Shown here in pieces: positions 1 through 13,890 of a DNA stretch of 64,000 bases (its first letter is position 1; every line of letters begins with the position of its first letter). This stretch comes from Lingula anatina. Its lineage: Eukaryota; Animalia; Brachiopoda. The stretch lies in assembly GCA_051362555.1 (NCBI GenBank), contig CM120640.1, positions 17,422,001-17,486,000 of the forward strand. Direction: 5' to 3'. The notes under the pieces are model-generated. The model ran no database searches and was not told the DNA's origin. It was given only the letters and a program-made list of their open reading frames with translations. The translations under genes and the position numbers were made by a program.

Positions 1-738
1 ATATTTCAATGAAATGATTTTTTTATCAACAATATCATGCTTGCAGAATACCCACTCTGATTCTGATCCAGCATTGTTGACTTAATCATTGCGGTCTACC
101 ACAACTATACCCACACTGGTAACAAAATATGATGGAGTACCACGTGTAATCTACTTTAATAAAGCAATAGTACATGTGAGTCCATGCATTTCCAAGATAA
201 CACAAATATGTGGAAACAACCAGAATGTACAGATCATATGTAAATATATATATTGACATGTGCGTACTATGAGCTAATAATAATTACTGACCAATAATGC
301 TGCATTTATACTGTTTAAAGACTGGGGACTTACGAGATGCTCCCCCCCCCCCTCCCCATGTCATGATGTATCACAAATGTACACATATTACAATAAAAAA
401 TTAAATTTTGAATTCCCTCATCTCTGGTGTTGTTCATATCTGCATGCTACTGCAGTGTTATAAATACTAAGTTAAAAGTAACTGCACATTACTGCACTTG
501 GTCTGCTGATACATGCTTTCATATGCTTTTAACAATAATTTGTTGGTAACTTGCCAAAAAAATAGGCTGCCAAAAATGTGTGCAATTATCTCAAAGTGAA
601 TATTCTTTTATTGGTGCAGTCTATATTCATTAATAATATATACTTCAACCAGATGGAGACACAGCAGTTTTTGCCCAACTGCATGGAAGTTGACTTCCAT
701 CTTGTCAGCCATAGGCCATCAAACTGTTTCTAAGATGA

Positions 739-986
739 CAGGGGCGTAACCAGACCTTTAAAAATTGTACGCACTTGTATTTCTTTACTGGGGGGAGGGG
801 GGAGGGCAGAACAATTGTGCCTTTACAATTGATACAGAGGATTTGTACATACAGGTGACTTTAATAAGCAGAGGATTTTCTTTTATATTCCGTGAAAAAT
901 ACACTAAATTTATATAAAATAATATCATGGTTGGCCAAAAAATTGTATGCACAGTGCATCCGTGCGTATGCCTAGTTACGCCCATG
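739..986. mobile_element. Non-autonomous TIR element (MITE), hAT-like termini, 5-bp TSD
   Basis: Ends CAGGGGCGTAAC ... GTTACGCCCATG are inverted repeats, flanked by GATGA on both sides (734-738, 987-991). Confidence 0.8.
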
Positions 987-2873
987 GATGAGGGTGCAAG
1001 ATCTTTATATTATTGTGTGTCTTCCTCAAGGTGTCCTTTAAAACTCTCATTGCACTATTGAGCTGTTTTCAAAGATTCAGGATTACTTCCAAAGTGGATG
1101 GTTTCCATTCGAAAAACATTCCAATTCCAAACCTCTTACCCCCAATTGCTTTGATAATTGTCATGTGACCTTCTCAAGAGACCTCTACATTTCCCTTAGC
1201 TTATATCCCTTAGATTTGTGGGGATATGTCATTACGGCAAATGTGATTTTTGTACACAATACTATCTGGAAATTATCCAGAAATGATCCATGACAATCTT
1301 GAAATAGTAGAAAGGAAAAAGAAAATGAAAATTAAGTCAAGCATACCAGAAAGTTAGCATATGGCAATTGATATTAAAAGATGGATAAGATTGAATTGGT
1401 CTGATTTGCAATTGCTTGACTGTATTATGTTTATGATGAGAACGATAACATTTTGCCATTTATTTATGTCCATTATAGCAACCATTTATTATTTGCAAAA
1501 GAATAAGCATGGCAACTTGATAATCATTACTATAATAATCATTCTATTCAAAATTAAGAGAACATTTTACATAGATTATTTCTTTGCATGAATGAATGAC
1601 TTTATTCCCTGACAAAACGGATCCAGGCAGCATTTGTGCCATCAACAGTCACACATAAGTCTTTTTTTTCTCTCTATTTTTTTCTATAGCCATGATCAAT
1701 TTCCCCTTTAGGGAGTTGGTTTTAATGGCTTAGCATTGCAGCTCATGAACAACAATGCCATTCTGTGATGCTTCTAGATGATCAATTAACTACCTGAGTT
1801 CTAGAGCATGGCATTAACATACAGTGCCCAGTTGAGTGATATGACATTACAGATATGGTTGTGGCCTTGATAGCCATTGTTGTTAACGTGCAGTTGTTTT
1901 ATGCTCAGAAGCACAGCATGCCGAGTTTCCTGGTTCAAAGTTGTTGTCACACTGACATGTTGTTCTTTTGGTTAAAGGTAATCAACACTTTTGAAGTGAG
2001 CTTAGTGGCTCTGCACGATCTGCAGCATTTGTTTTTTATATACTGACAAGTAAGAGTACATCCTCACCAAGACTTAAAAATAACCTCAAAGAAAAACAGG
2101 CATCATAAGTATTTCCAATGGGACTAAACAACAAAAAAGACCACTTCTCCATTTTTATAATCCAAACGAAACACTGTCAGAATTGACAGCCTCCAAGACT
2201 GTCTATAAGATATTAAGCTAAATTCAATTTTGATTATCTAATGCAATAATGTTTGTCTTAAAAAATTGATTATCATTCCACAATCACTTAATATGCCTCT
2301 CTTAAACCATTGAGAAATTATGTCCTGTCAGCTTGTTTTCAAGTTCTATATTTCTAACTTATGAGTCACTGTCATAAATATTATTAATGGATATTGAACC
2401 TGAAGATTAACTGACACACTCACAAAAAAATATTGTTTTAAACACCAAGATATACCCATTCCAAAACTGTTTTGGTTTTCTAAATTTCTTATTTAAAAAT
2501 TTCCAGGAAAGCTTCCCAGTATAACATATGACATAACAGTATGATACAACTGACATGTCTGACAGATATATGTCAATCACTTAAATTAATACATAAATTT
2601 ACTGAGGGGGGGGGGGGGGAATAACCACGTCTGAAGTTAAAATAACAACTGGTAAAATCTGCCTAAATAATTTGTCACAACCACTCACAATGCCATATCT
2701 AACACAATGCTATTTTTATAGTGCATGCTTAAATGTAGTTATCAATTCAGAATTCAAATTAAATGTCATATTCACTCTTATGTACAGACACTAATGGCAG
2801 GTGGATGGTTCAGCTTCTAAAGATCTTGAGGCATTTATGCCTGAAATTGTTTGATTGGTTGAATTACAATATG

Positions 2874-3090
2874 AACTAGAAAAGCACTCCAAATGCGCAG
2901 ACCTCTGCCAAGGCAGCAATTTTGATTATTATTGATTATTATTCAGATCACCACCAAAAACTAACCATCTGTTCCTTGGCCCATTTCTGACAGTTCCTGA
3001 AAATTTCATCAAAATCGGTCCATAACTTTTAGAGTTATGTTGATGACAGACAAACAGGGGTGGAAACATTACCTCCTTGGCGGAGGTAAT
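2874..3090. mobile_element. Non-autonomous Helentron-associated (HINE/DINE-1-like) element
   Basis: Starts AACTAGAAAAGCACTC. The sub-terminal motif ACCTCTGCCAAGG is inverted at the far end as CCTTGGCGGAGGT, inside the hairpin ATTACCTCCTTGGCGGAGGTAAT. A short GACA repeat precedes it. Family assignment is from recalled architecture. Confidence 0.7.
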
Positions 3091-5449
3091 TATAATGTAA
3101 ACTGATATCAAATGCAATTCTGGGCATGAATGCATCATTTCTAAGCTGTCCTAACTAACTACCATATATAATAAGTTAGTGTCCAGTATGAGATTTTATC
3201 TCCATTCTTTACTGATTATATCTAGAACTGATTGGATCACAATACACACTTTTATTTGACATTAACATTATATTCAGCCAGTCATAGTGAATGATCATCA
3301 TGCCTGACCATATACTGGTAGATTATGATTTTGTTTATAATGTTCTGTTACAGATAAAAACTATTAACCTTGAACCTGACTATGTGTGAATGAAAAGTTG
3401 GATTAATTTGCAGTTAAAAACACAAACACATGTAAATTGATTTGTCTGATTGGTTTCCCCAGCAGTATCAGACCAAAACAAGAACATAAGATTGAAATTT
3501 ATCTAAAGTCCTTACTTACACATGCAACATTCAGATTTAATCTTAGCCTTATCCTAATTATGTTCACTAAATGAAACATTTCATGTACACTCGGTTTTAC
3601 TTCGTGTTATACTTCTGCCCACCTAACTGTAATACCTCACAATCGAATGTCTGCTAGACAGAAATTTCACAAGGTTTTTCACTCTTGTTCAAGTGTCTGT
3701 GCTACAATGAAATGAATCTTTGGATATGAGATTTTGATAAGAATGGACACATTAAGCAGTAATTCCCTTGTGTTCACATGTTGATGACTGATAATTTCAT
3801 GTGCCCTGTGGAATTAACCTTTGAAATGCCAGTATGATTAAATGCAGAGTTTAATTTTAAGTTATTTGCACTTTTATTTTTCATAGGTTTAATTACTTGA
3901 ATGTGCTGCTTTTGAGCATAACTTGTAGGTTTTAAAAGCTCAAAAGCTTAAAAGCCCTTACATTTCTAAATATTTTTTTAGGAAGATTAATCTGATACAA
4001 ATTAGAAAAACAAGGTTGATGAGAAAATTTTAGGCAGAAAAGGTTTATTCCCACAGGGTTTGGGCAAACTTGTTCTTGTCCTGTGAATTTATAGTGTAAT
4101 AAGCCAGTCAGTTGGCCAGTAGATCGTGGTCGATAGAAAAATATAATACTTTCTCCCCAATGCCATTATCCTGGAAATTGACTTGACAATCAGAAAGCAA
4201 ACCCGCCTGACATTAAAGTGCAAGGAACTAATGAACTCATTTACAATGGTTAAATAATGATTCAGTCCCATGATTTATTTTCACCTCGTTGTGAGTCCGA
4301 TCAAGAAGTGGAATTAACAGGTCTTAGCTTTATTTGTTTGCAGACTAGCATATTGTTTAAAATCAGTTTGCTTAACAACTTACGATGACAGTTTTATTAA
4401 TATCATGTTCATCTAAAGTGCTAATTAATTATTGATTGTATTGTGAGACTGAAATAAGAATGATAATGATACTCCTTTTTTATCAAATATTTACAATTAG
4501 ATGAGAAGATTCATCCATACATTAACTTTTGTGATAGAAAATCAATGCATCATCATTATAAGTCAAGTTTCCAATTGAGACACTTTTATCAATACTATTA
4601 AAAAGCCTAGGACAATAAAAGAGCAGACATCTATGATGTATGTCAAAATTATATTGCAGCACAACTGTAACTTTTATTTTTATACATTTGAAAAGTAATT
4701 TAGGTCAAATATGTTACTTAACTAAGTGAAAAGTTTTTTTTCATGTTTACAATAATAAAAAAAATTAATGCCTGAAAGAGTTTCACCCCACACACTGTGA
4801 AGGATGACTGTAACTTAATTAATTGTCATGTATTTCAAGTTACTCCTAAGTCTCCTAGAATATTGTTTGTTAAAGAAAAAACCAAACGTCTAATATACGA
4901 GGCTCAGGTTCATAAATACCTTCCAAAATGTAAACTAAAACTAACGAATTGGATATCTAATTCCATGTTAAAACACACACATATACATAAATTGTACCTT
5001 TTGTTTATGCCTTCTAAGGATGTATGTTCAACTAACATTTATCAAATCAACCATCAAACATGTAACAAAATACAGTGTACTCACTTCAGCTTCTAATGAC
5101 CTTCACAACCAATGGAGAAGGTGCAGTCACTTTATCAGTTTACCCGACACTTTGGTGCATTTATCTGCCATAACTTTGATAGAAGATGTTGGCGCACCTT
5201 ACGCGAGTTGTTGATATCGCTGCTGGATGTTCCCCACTGCTGGTCTGATGCCACAGCTATGACACATGAAGGCTGCACCAATGATATTGATTTTCAGGTG
5301 TGAGCTGAGTTCATTCCCAACAGGTTAGGGTCCTAGCTCTTTTATGTCTACACATTTACAGGCATATACATTAGCTTTAATCTCTCCAACTACAGCCACC
5401 TGAGTTAATGACTGAGACTGATACAGGTGATACCAATATATTACTTTAA

Positions 5450-5824
5450 GGTACATGCCCTGGTACACATGAAACTGCGATGAAAATTCACACAAAGGAG
5501 AAAATTTTTTTTAATGTAATCAGTAGATGATTCTTTATGATATCAAAATTCTTGGTAGGATTTTGCTTGATAGTAGCTGACACTGTAAGTGCACAGTTCA
5601 ATAATTGCATAACCAAAAAGTGATTTATCTCCCAGGGGAACTTGCCATATGACATTGGGTACACACTTCTCAGTGGTACAAAAGGTTTATGAATCTCATC
5701 TCAATGATTTTCCTTATTTCACACGGTTAAAGAGGGTGCAGAAACTCATATTATTTCAATAGAATCTAATGGAAAATAAGCACAAACTCAATTTTGAAAG
5801 GGTAAAATATTGGGGTATTGCACC
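5450..5824. mobile_element. Degenerate TTAA-flanked non-autonomous DNA transposon (Kolobok-like)
   Basis: TTAA|GGTACATGCCC ... GGGGTATTGCACC|TTAA, with imperfect short TIRs starting GG. Confidence 0.5.
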
Positions 5825-6018
5825 TTAAAAAAATAGTACCAAATATGCAGCTGTGCTGTCAAATGTACAGATTATAAAAGTTTTAATCTGATCATAGATA
5901 TATATATCACAAACCAAGCGTTAAAGAAATATGCAGTTCAAGTCTTGCATATTATAGTGGTGCAAAATAAAGCTGTGCAATATAACAAAGTGTCAATCCT
6001 ATAGGTAATTACTGAAAG

Positions 6019-6019
<1 letters not shown>

Positions 6020-6091
<72 letters not shown>

Positions 6092-6124
6092 AAGCATTAC
6101 ACCATCATCATCATCATCATCATC
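6020..6124. repeat. (TA)n microsatellite followed by a (CAT)n tract
   Basis: Perfect TA run 6020-6088 and CAT repeats at about 6103-6124. Confidence 0.97.
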
Positions 6125-6859
6125 CAAATTTATTTTGCACTGCCAATCTCCAACTCTGACATTCACCAATGAACTAAAATGCATATATGTGACTCATTGC
6201 AATTTTCTGTCTAAATAAAAGAAAGCGCCAAGAAGTTCTAATTTTCCTTAATGGTGAATCACCCTCATGGCATATGGGAAAAAAGTAAGAGAGAAGGAAA
6301 AGTTTTGTGAAGTGGTTGCACATACCACACAGTTTCCCACATATCTGACTCTTTCTCATAAAAATAGCTCTTGATACACTGACTTTCTTAAGAAATACAT
6401 TAACAAAGTCTTACATACTCCTACATATACACCTAAACTTTGCTCCAGGCAAATCATTTTTAAAAGCCAGTTTTTGTTTTATACATTATGGAAGTTTTTT
6501 TTTCAACTACTACTGATTCTAGCTATTTTTGTAAAATAAAAATAAAAAAAAGTTTCAATTAAAGTAGATTAATTTAATAAACTCTTATTTTTCAATAAGT
6601 CGACAACAGTTTTAATTTTCATTTTAACTTCACATTTCACATAAATACAGGTTTCCCTATTGGAGGTGTTTTGACTAATAAATGATTTAAGCTATTGTGC
6701 AATCAAAGATAATTTTTAGATAAACTCTGTCAAGATAACAGGCTATATACAGTTCAGGCATCTTCTGCTGACCTGTGATTTTTCAAAAGATGCCACAAAC
6801 CTGGGACCTTCACTGGGCACCTTTCACATCCAATATCAGCCTACATGCAGGAGATCTTT

Positions 6860-7130
6860 GTTTCCGTATAGCAGCGTTTTGCAACAAGATGCAAAATGTA
6901 GTTGGTTGCAAAATGTGGCGCTACTAGCAGAGCTGTATATGCAACCACAATTCACGTTGCATCCACAGTGCATTTTGTAACCAAAGATAAAAATGTGAAT
7001 ATGCATTTTACAACTGCAATGCTATTTCCAACCAGTTTTTTATATGCCACTGGAGAGGTTTGCAAAGTACACTTATTTGCAAATTGCAGCTCTACATTTC
7101 TGAGAACTCCCATCTCAATGCAACAAAGTT
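6860..7130. repeat. Degenerate repeat rich in TGCAAC/GTTGCA motifs (probable old MITE)
   Basis: Many TTGCAA/TGCAAC/GTTGCA words in both orientations; no clear TSD. Confidence 0.35.
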
Positions 7131-9000
7131 ATCAAGTTTAAATGATACCTGCTGCTTGTGGCAAGTAAATCTTTATTTCAGTCTCATGTCCTTCTCTATT
7201 TTGTACTGTATTTGCCACTGACGTTTTCCTCTCATCCTACGTAAATTCATTTCTTTCATGTTAGCATCTGACTGTGCCATCAATTCCCACTTCAGTGGGA
7301 GGCTGCTTGATTCACATGAGTAATTCAAATCCAACAAATAACAAAACTTGATTAAAATCTCCTACGAACACTTCCTAACGATATGGTCTAACATCCATTG
7401 AGGTACCTAAAGGAAATTTTAGGTGTCTGATTGCGTTTGTCACTATTATAAAATACTCTGCTGAATATTTTCATGATTATTACCTTTTTACTTCTTTTGT
7501 TAATGTAAAAGAAGATGTAGATAATTACTTTAGTCCAGATGCAAACACAGCATTCCTCAAAGGGGAAAAAGCGATTTACAACTGAAACCCCTAGAATGAA
7601 AAATGATGTACATGTAACATTTTAAGCTGATACAAGACTCGTCAACAGCATTGCTGTGTTGGTGTTAACCATGCTTTGAAACGTCCCGAGGACACTGAAA
7701 ACTCATCTCCCTACTACCGTCCTCTGAAACGCAGGGTGCACTTATGCTGACAATCTAGACAATGAATCACCTAAACAGTAAATGGTCAGGAATACTATGT
7801 TCAACATAGAAGAGAAAGGGTGTGATTTTTGTTCTCACCTTTTACTCTTCTAATCCACATGTTTAGACCAGAGGTGTACATGACTTTTTTCCCAATGGGT
7901 TCTGTGTGTGTGCAAATATAAATATCAGTAGCAGAAAATAACTTTAGCACTCTTTAGGTAAGGGAAATTATTCCTTTGATGGTGGTTGTTAATTTAACGC
8001 AAAATAGGCAAATGTTAGTTCCATCCTTTCTGTTAAGTTTTGCCTGAATTTTCGTTCAGTGTATGCTGAGTTACCCAACCTCATCACATTCCACTCCTCA
8101 GGGAGGGGGGCAAGCATGGGAGGCAGGCCCCTGATTAAACAGCATACCTGAGGGGTGATAGGTGGTAATACCTATCACAATCCCTCATTTTGACTATCAG
8201 CAGACAAAATATTGGCTGGTAAATCTGAGTTAAATTTTCTGTGGCTTTTGGCAAATGAAACTGTTCAACAAAATAAGGGTTTACTGCAGCTCTCTGCTCT
8301 GTGAAAAAAAAAATGCTGGGAATTTCATCAATTTTCCTTTGATACTAAAGAGTGCCCTATTCTAAACTGTTAAGAATATAAACCTTTTTTTGAGTTTCAA
8401 ATTTCTTGTTTCTACCATCAAGAGGGCAATTCACTTATCTCTATCTCCATTATCTGTCTATCTCTAGAGAGTGCCTAGAATTTTCAAAGACAGATTTATG
8501 ATCATTTATAGATTTTATCGATAATGGCAATTTTGTGAATATAGGTTTTGGATAGGGACCTTGGTGATGAAAGGTGAGATTTCTAAATTAAACGTTTTTG
8601 CTAAATAAAGGTGTAATGCCTTTAAATAGCACCAGCACAATGAACAGATTGATTTAAGGATCACATCCAGCATGAGGCTGCAATCGAACCTCTCCTTTCC
8701 GAAATTGAAATTAAACTCTTTTGTTAAAATTGTTTTCAATATGGCTGGTATCATAAGTTGATTACCATCATAGTAGTTTTCAGTAGTAATTGCAGTCTTT
8801 TTTTAACGAGATCAATGTCATCACGTTCCCTCAAGTGACCGGCTAATGTCCTTCAAACTTCCTGACTTGATGGATTATTTGGTGTCTGCGGCTATAATGT
8901 AGTTGTTCAGGGAAGAGGCAATCATTACACATAAACTAGTAAAGGGATTTATATTCCAGGACAAAGTTCTTGAATAAGTACCATTAACTTTATGAGTATT

Positions 9001-9085
9001 GCTTTGATCCTGGGCAAGGTCATACCAAAAAGGATCATAAAGTACTTGTTGTTCCTTTACTTGGCATTCAGTGTTCGAAAGTTAA
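9001..9085 (+). mobile_element. Degenerate tRNA-derived SINE fragment (Meta-domain-like core)
   Basis: B-box-like GCTTTGATCC followed by GGTCATACCAAAA...GTACTTGTTGTTCCTTTACTTGGCATTCAG, resembling the MetaSINE core as I recall it. Confidence 0.5.
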
Positions 9086-9308
9086 AGCAGAAGGTCCGTT
9101 ATTGTAACACTGGATCCAAGATATATGGCGATTTCAGAGTTTGGTGCCAACTTGCGCAAATACTGTTAAGTTGTTTTCACAGTGAGCAGTACATTTGCCT
9201 GTACTGCTCTGGTTAAAGAGATTGTCAACTTAATGGCTGACTATCACATGTATAAGGGCTCATTCCCAATAAAACAGATCGCATTCAGCTAAAATACCTG
9301 TGGAGTTA

Positions 9309-9835
9309 GGCTTCGTTCACATGGAAAGTCTATATTTTCTAAAAATCTATTTTCTATTCGCGGTATCTTATGATCACGGTCTGTGCCCTGAATATCCCGC
9401 AGCGTAATTACTGGCAGCGCGAGCCAGTTACTTATACAAAGCTGTAATTAATTCTCGGCTGTGCTCGCATTCTGTAAAATCTCATCCTCCGTTGCCGCAT
9501 CACTTGCCATCGGATCATGATGGTTGCACTCGTATCTGTCGTGTGTATAGCTTCTTCATCTTCTTCGTCTTGTTGTTGCACAAAATCGACAAACACATTT
9601 TTCAAAGCAACCACGACCGCCATTAACTTTCTAACTTCCTACTGTGCATGCGTCAAGGTATCAGAATCTCCTATGAGCACAGCCAAGAATTAATTACAGC
9701 TTTGGAAGTAACTGGCTCGCGCTGCCAGTAATTATGCCGCGGGATATTTAGGGCACAGACCGTGATCACAATTTAAGATATACCGCGAATAGAAAATAGA
9801 TTTTTAGAAAATAGACTTTCCATGTGAACGAAGCC
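9309..9835. mobile_element. PIF/Harbinger-type non-autonomous element with about 160-bp TIRs
   Basis: GGCTTCGTTCACATGGAAAGTCTA... is matched by ...TAGACTTTCCATGTGAACGAAGCC. TTA TSD at 9306-9308 and 9836-9838. CpG-rich, with an internal 63-aa ORF (9432-9623, -). Confidence 0.9.
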
Positions 9836-9998
9836 TTAGATTGATCTACATAGACCGATAGTTACAATAGGAATTAATTATCCCTACGTCACCTAAGCGA
9901 ATATATGCTCAACATGTCAGGTTAACTCAGGATAAATTTTGATAGTTATGTACACTGGGTCTTGTAATACAGAGTACCTCTCTCCTTCCCATGGTAGG

Positions 9999-10173
9999 CT
10001 GGGGTAGCGCTAACACTCGCCGATTTAGCCAAATGCTAAAACTGACTGAAATTGGCTAAAGAAAAAGGGCTAGATTTGATATGTTTTAGCCAAATTATTA
10101 CCATTTTGATAACAAATTGACAAAAATGTGGTGATATGGCTAAGCGAAAAAAAAATTGCTAGCGCTACCCCAG
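9999..10173. mobile_element. MITE with perfect 14-bp TIR and 5-bp TSD
   Basis: CTGGGGTAGCGCTA ... TAGCGCTACCCCAG, with GTAGG duplicated at 9994-9998 and 10174-10178. Internal TTAGCCAA/TTGGCTAA sub-repeats. Confidence 0.88.
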
Positions 10174-10207
10174 GTAGGACCAGTCATACTGGTGCATTAC
10201 AGACAAC

Positions 10208-10374
10208 CAGAGGTGGATTTAGGCCATCTTCTAGGTCTTCCAGAAGACGGTCAGATTTTCAAGTTTACATTGATGGGTATCTAATTTTTTCTGTTGGAAG
10301 ACGGTCAAAAATGAGGATGGATCAACAAAGATAATTCGGAAGACTGATAGAAAATATCTCTGGATCCGCCCCTG
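10208..10374. mobile_element. MITE with hAT-like termini and 6-bp TSD
   Basis: CAGAGGTGGATTTAG ... CTGGATCCGCCCCTG, with GACAAC duplicated at 10202-10207 and 10375-10380. Internal GAAGACGGTCA repeats. Confidence 0.82.
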
Positions 10375-13300
10375 GACAACTATGCTGCTTGATATGAAAA
10401 TGGTCTTGTTGATAATAAAAGTGCCCTTCTTGAAGGCAGTCCAGTGTCTCACCACAGTATTTAATTTTTTTTGCTTCTCAACTCTGCTCTTACCAGATGG
10501 TCAGTGAGACTCTGATATATATAATGCAGAACTTGTATAATGCATGCAACTGATCTCTTTACTTTTACTTATTAAAATGTATATCTATATACTGTAGTTC
10601 ATCCAAGCATATGCATTTGAAGGAGCAGGTGCCAGGATAAATTTTCCATATTAGTAACATATGCACAATCAGCCAAATATATGTGCAACATGCAATGGAA
10701 TTTTTCTAAGTCTAGGTAAAGATTGATGATAATTCAATTATAAACTGTGGTTCATGATGATTGATAAACATGGGTTATTTGACCATTTACTGCACAGAGC
10801 CGTAGAACTGACCATGTGTCTTAGAGTGTGCAGTTCAGTTCCTGAAATATTTACCAGCAATTACAGTGTGGGCCATATCACATGAATTATGTCAGAGTAC
10901 ACTAGCAGAAGGGAATTCTCATCATCACCAATACTTGATGCCTCATTTTTTTTAGAGTGGTCAAACAGTAGTTAAATAAGAGAAGACACAGAAGGTTGAT
11001 TGCCAATAAGTAGTTTCTGTTGTGGCAGAAAGAGTTGATTTCCGACAGAAACGAGCTTGGCAAGCTAAATGAGCTGACTGCTGGGACTAAACTTCCCAGG
11101 GTCTCTAGGCTATCTCAGCATGCACGCTAATATATCGATGCTCATTAAGACTGCTGGTGTATGCATGATCACCCTGGGATCGTTTCCTGATACTAGCTGC
11201 CATTTACATTCCTCAGATTCAAAGAAAAAATCTAACATGCAATTATTACTGGTTGGTATGATGAATGGTTTTCTTGTTATTTTTAGTCTTGGATGACAAA
11301 GTTCACTGCTTTAATTTGAACTCAGCACATACCATTCCATTGATAGATCCAAGATTTTTCTTTTTTTGTGTGATACACTTATTTTTGTGTTTCAGTTCAT
11401 GTTCAGAAGGTTAACATATTCAGTAAAATAGTAGACATGCCGGGATAATTTTATTACAGTAAGCAAAGGGATGATAAAATCAGTTTTGTCTTGATCTGGT
11501 AATAAGTTTATTGCCTTAAGAGAGGAAAAAGTGAGAAGCTCAGAAGCTGAGGGAGGGGCAGGTGCCTGGTGGGCATTCCCTTGGTCCGCCATTGCAATCA
11601 GAGGCTTTCTCACCACGAGTTTATTAGTTTGCACATTAACATGTTTGGTGCTAAAAACAATGTATTGATGGCAAGCTGAAGGTTTAATATGATACACTGC
11701 TTTTGGATTTTTGTACACCTGCCATACAAATGTACTAATATTCACCTGTTGAGAAAAGCATTTAGTAGCACCTTCAGTGGGCTTTTTTTAGAGATATGCT
11801 AAACACCTGATTCACATCTTTCATGACATGCATATATATATATTTTTAATGTAAAGCTATAATAATGAAAATCATTTTAGATGTATTAAAATGAGGCTGC
11901 CAGCACTTTGCGATATCATACAAGACTAGAAAACGTCAGGTGGGGTCAACTTATCTGCAATATATGGGTGAAACTCCCCGTGCTGTCCTGCAATATTATC
12001 TAAGAATTCAAAAAGAATACAGCAGTGACACATAAAACATGGTGCATTTGTACCATTGTGACATAATTTAAAAGAAAACAACCACAAAAATTACCCATGG
12101 ATAGATTCTGTCAGTTTTCACTCTCCTCCAAATCTAGCAGAATCTCTTTTGATTTTTTGCCAAGCCATGAGATTCTGAGCTATCTTGGTTGATTCTCTGT
12201 GCTGTAATGGTTCACTAAAATGTACATATAATTGTCATCATTTAGGCTTAAATGGCAATTTTCTGCTTGTTGACATGGTTTTAATTTGAATAATCCAACT
12301 GCATAAAACTCCATAACATTACCATATTGCAAAAGTTTATCTCACTGAATGATGAAGGAGCTGGGGAAATTAAAACTAAGTGGTTTCAAATAAAACACAT
12401 TGTGGCAGTCAGGGCTGGCCTTTACTGAAATATAAAAGATTGTTTAACAGTAGACAAAAAATTATTTCAGTGTTTTATCATCACGGTCTATATTTCCTTG
12501 TAAAACTCATCATTTGTTCTTTCATGCAGATGAAAACGTATGTAGTTAGAAGCATGATTTATAACCCAATAAAAAAGTAACAGTTCCACTGTTGAAAAAA
12601 AATTTACATTATTAATATTCACATTGTTTGCTCAAAAGGAAGTGCCTTGGAAATTTATCTTGCCATTATTCTAGGCAGAACTGTATCTTTATATTACATA
12701 GATGAATTTGACTCACTTGATGGATTGCTTTTATCCTGCATTCAATAAACAAAAGCTGGGAGAATCATCAAATGCCACCTAACATATCTGTCTAATGGAG
12801 GAGGGTTGCTAATTAACTGATGTTACGTTATCTCTGCTATTAGGAGATGATTTTCTTGGAGGGGATATTGGTGCCATTGTGTTAAGTTGAGGACATAACC
12901 TTACTGGAGCACACCAATATCACAACATTGGGGAAAGAGAAGCTGCATCATTTGCATCAAACAAAATTGTCTGGGTGTTCCAACACATCAAAGACATTGA
13001 TTTTTCAAAGGACATGATAGAAATTAATGTTTCTTTGACTGTGAATCTGTTCTAGCCTAGCTGTCAAAGTTAGTCAAATCATCACTTCATTGAAGTTGAG
13101 AAGAATGAAAAGAACACTGGACACATTTACCAATCAAAACTGGATCTCAATGTCTGCAGCGCTGTCCCTGGCACTTCTCTCAGAGAATCCTTCAAGCGTC
13201 TCCTCTATGTCAAAATTGTACATGGGATGCTGTCAGAACCCATGTTGTGGTTTCCGCAGTACTTAATAAAATATTCACCGGTTCGCTGCAGATGAAATAG

Positions 13301-13847
13301 CTTTCTCAGGCCCTTACTAACATTTGTGCATTATCATCCTTTGAAAAGAACTGCATCCCCACTAATTAGCAGCAGAAAGTCAACTGCCTGTAAGCAGTGC
13401 CATTACTCTAGTGGCGCGATATCCTGAACTGTTCTCGAGGTTTTACAGTTTATGATCATGCATCTCTGTAGGACTGTTGTCATCTTGGGGCCAGCGTGTG
13501 TGCAGCAAAGCACATCCATCCAGCTTACAGTAAACCATTTGCACAAGTGATGCAGTTGTGATGATGGCAGATCGACTGAGATGGAAGTGCATATACAGAC
13601 ATTAGTGTGTCATTATGACAAACACTGGAAGCCTTATTGTACTTTTTCCATCACGTATCTTTCCTGGCCAAATCATTACTTAAGGGCATAATACCAGTCT
13701 GAGGAATATGGGGTCTTATAATCAACAAAGGTTATATAAAGATAATGGTGATCAAGTTTACCACTCAACATTCTAATAATCTCCAAAATTTATGGAAATG
13801 TGAATAATAATTGACATTATTATTCAGCTTATACCAGCAATTTCAAA

Positions 13848-13849
<2 letters not shown>

Positions 13850-13888
<39 letters not shown>
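13850..13888. repeat. (TG)n microsatellite
   Basis: Perfect GT/TG run. Confidence 0.97.

Positions 13889-13890
<2 letters not shown>

Noticed and set aside
11392-11745. 117-aa ORF and the other short ORFs in 1-19 kb
   Set aside because: No domain signal, no consistent splice phases, and partly overlapping MITE remnants.
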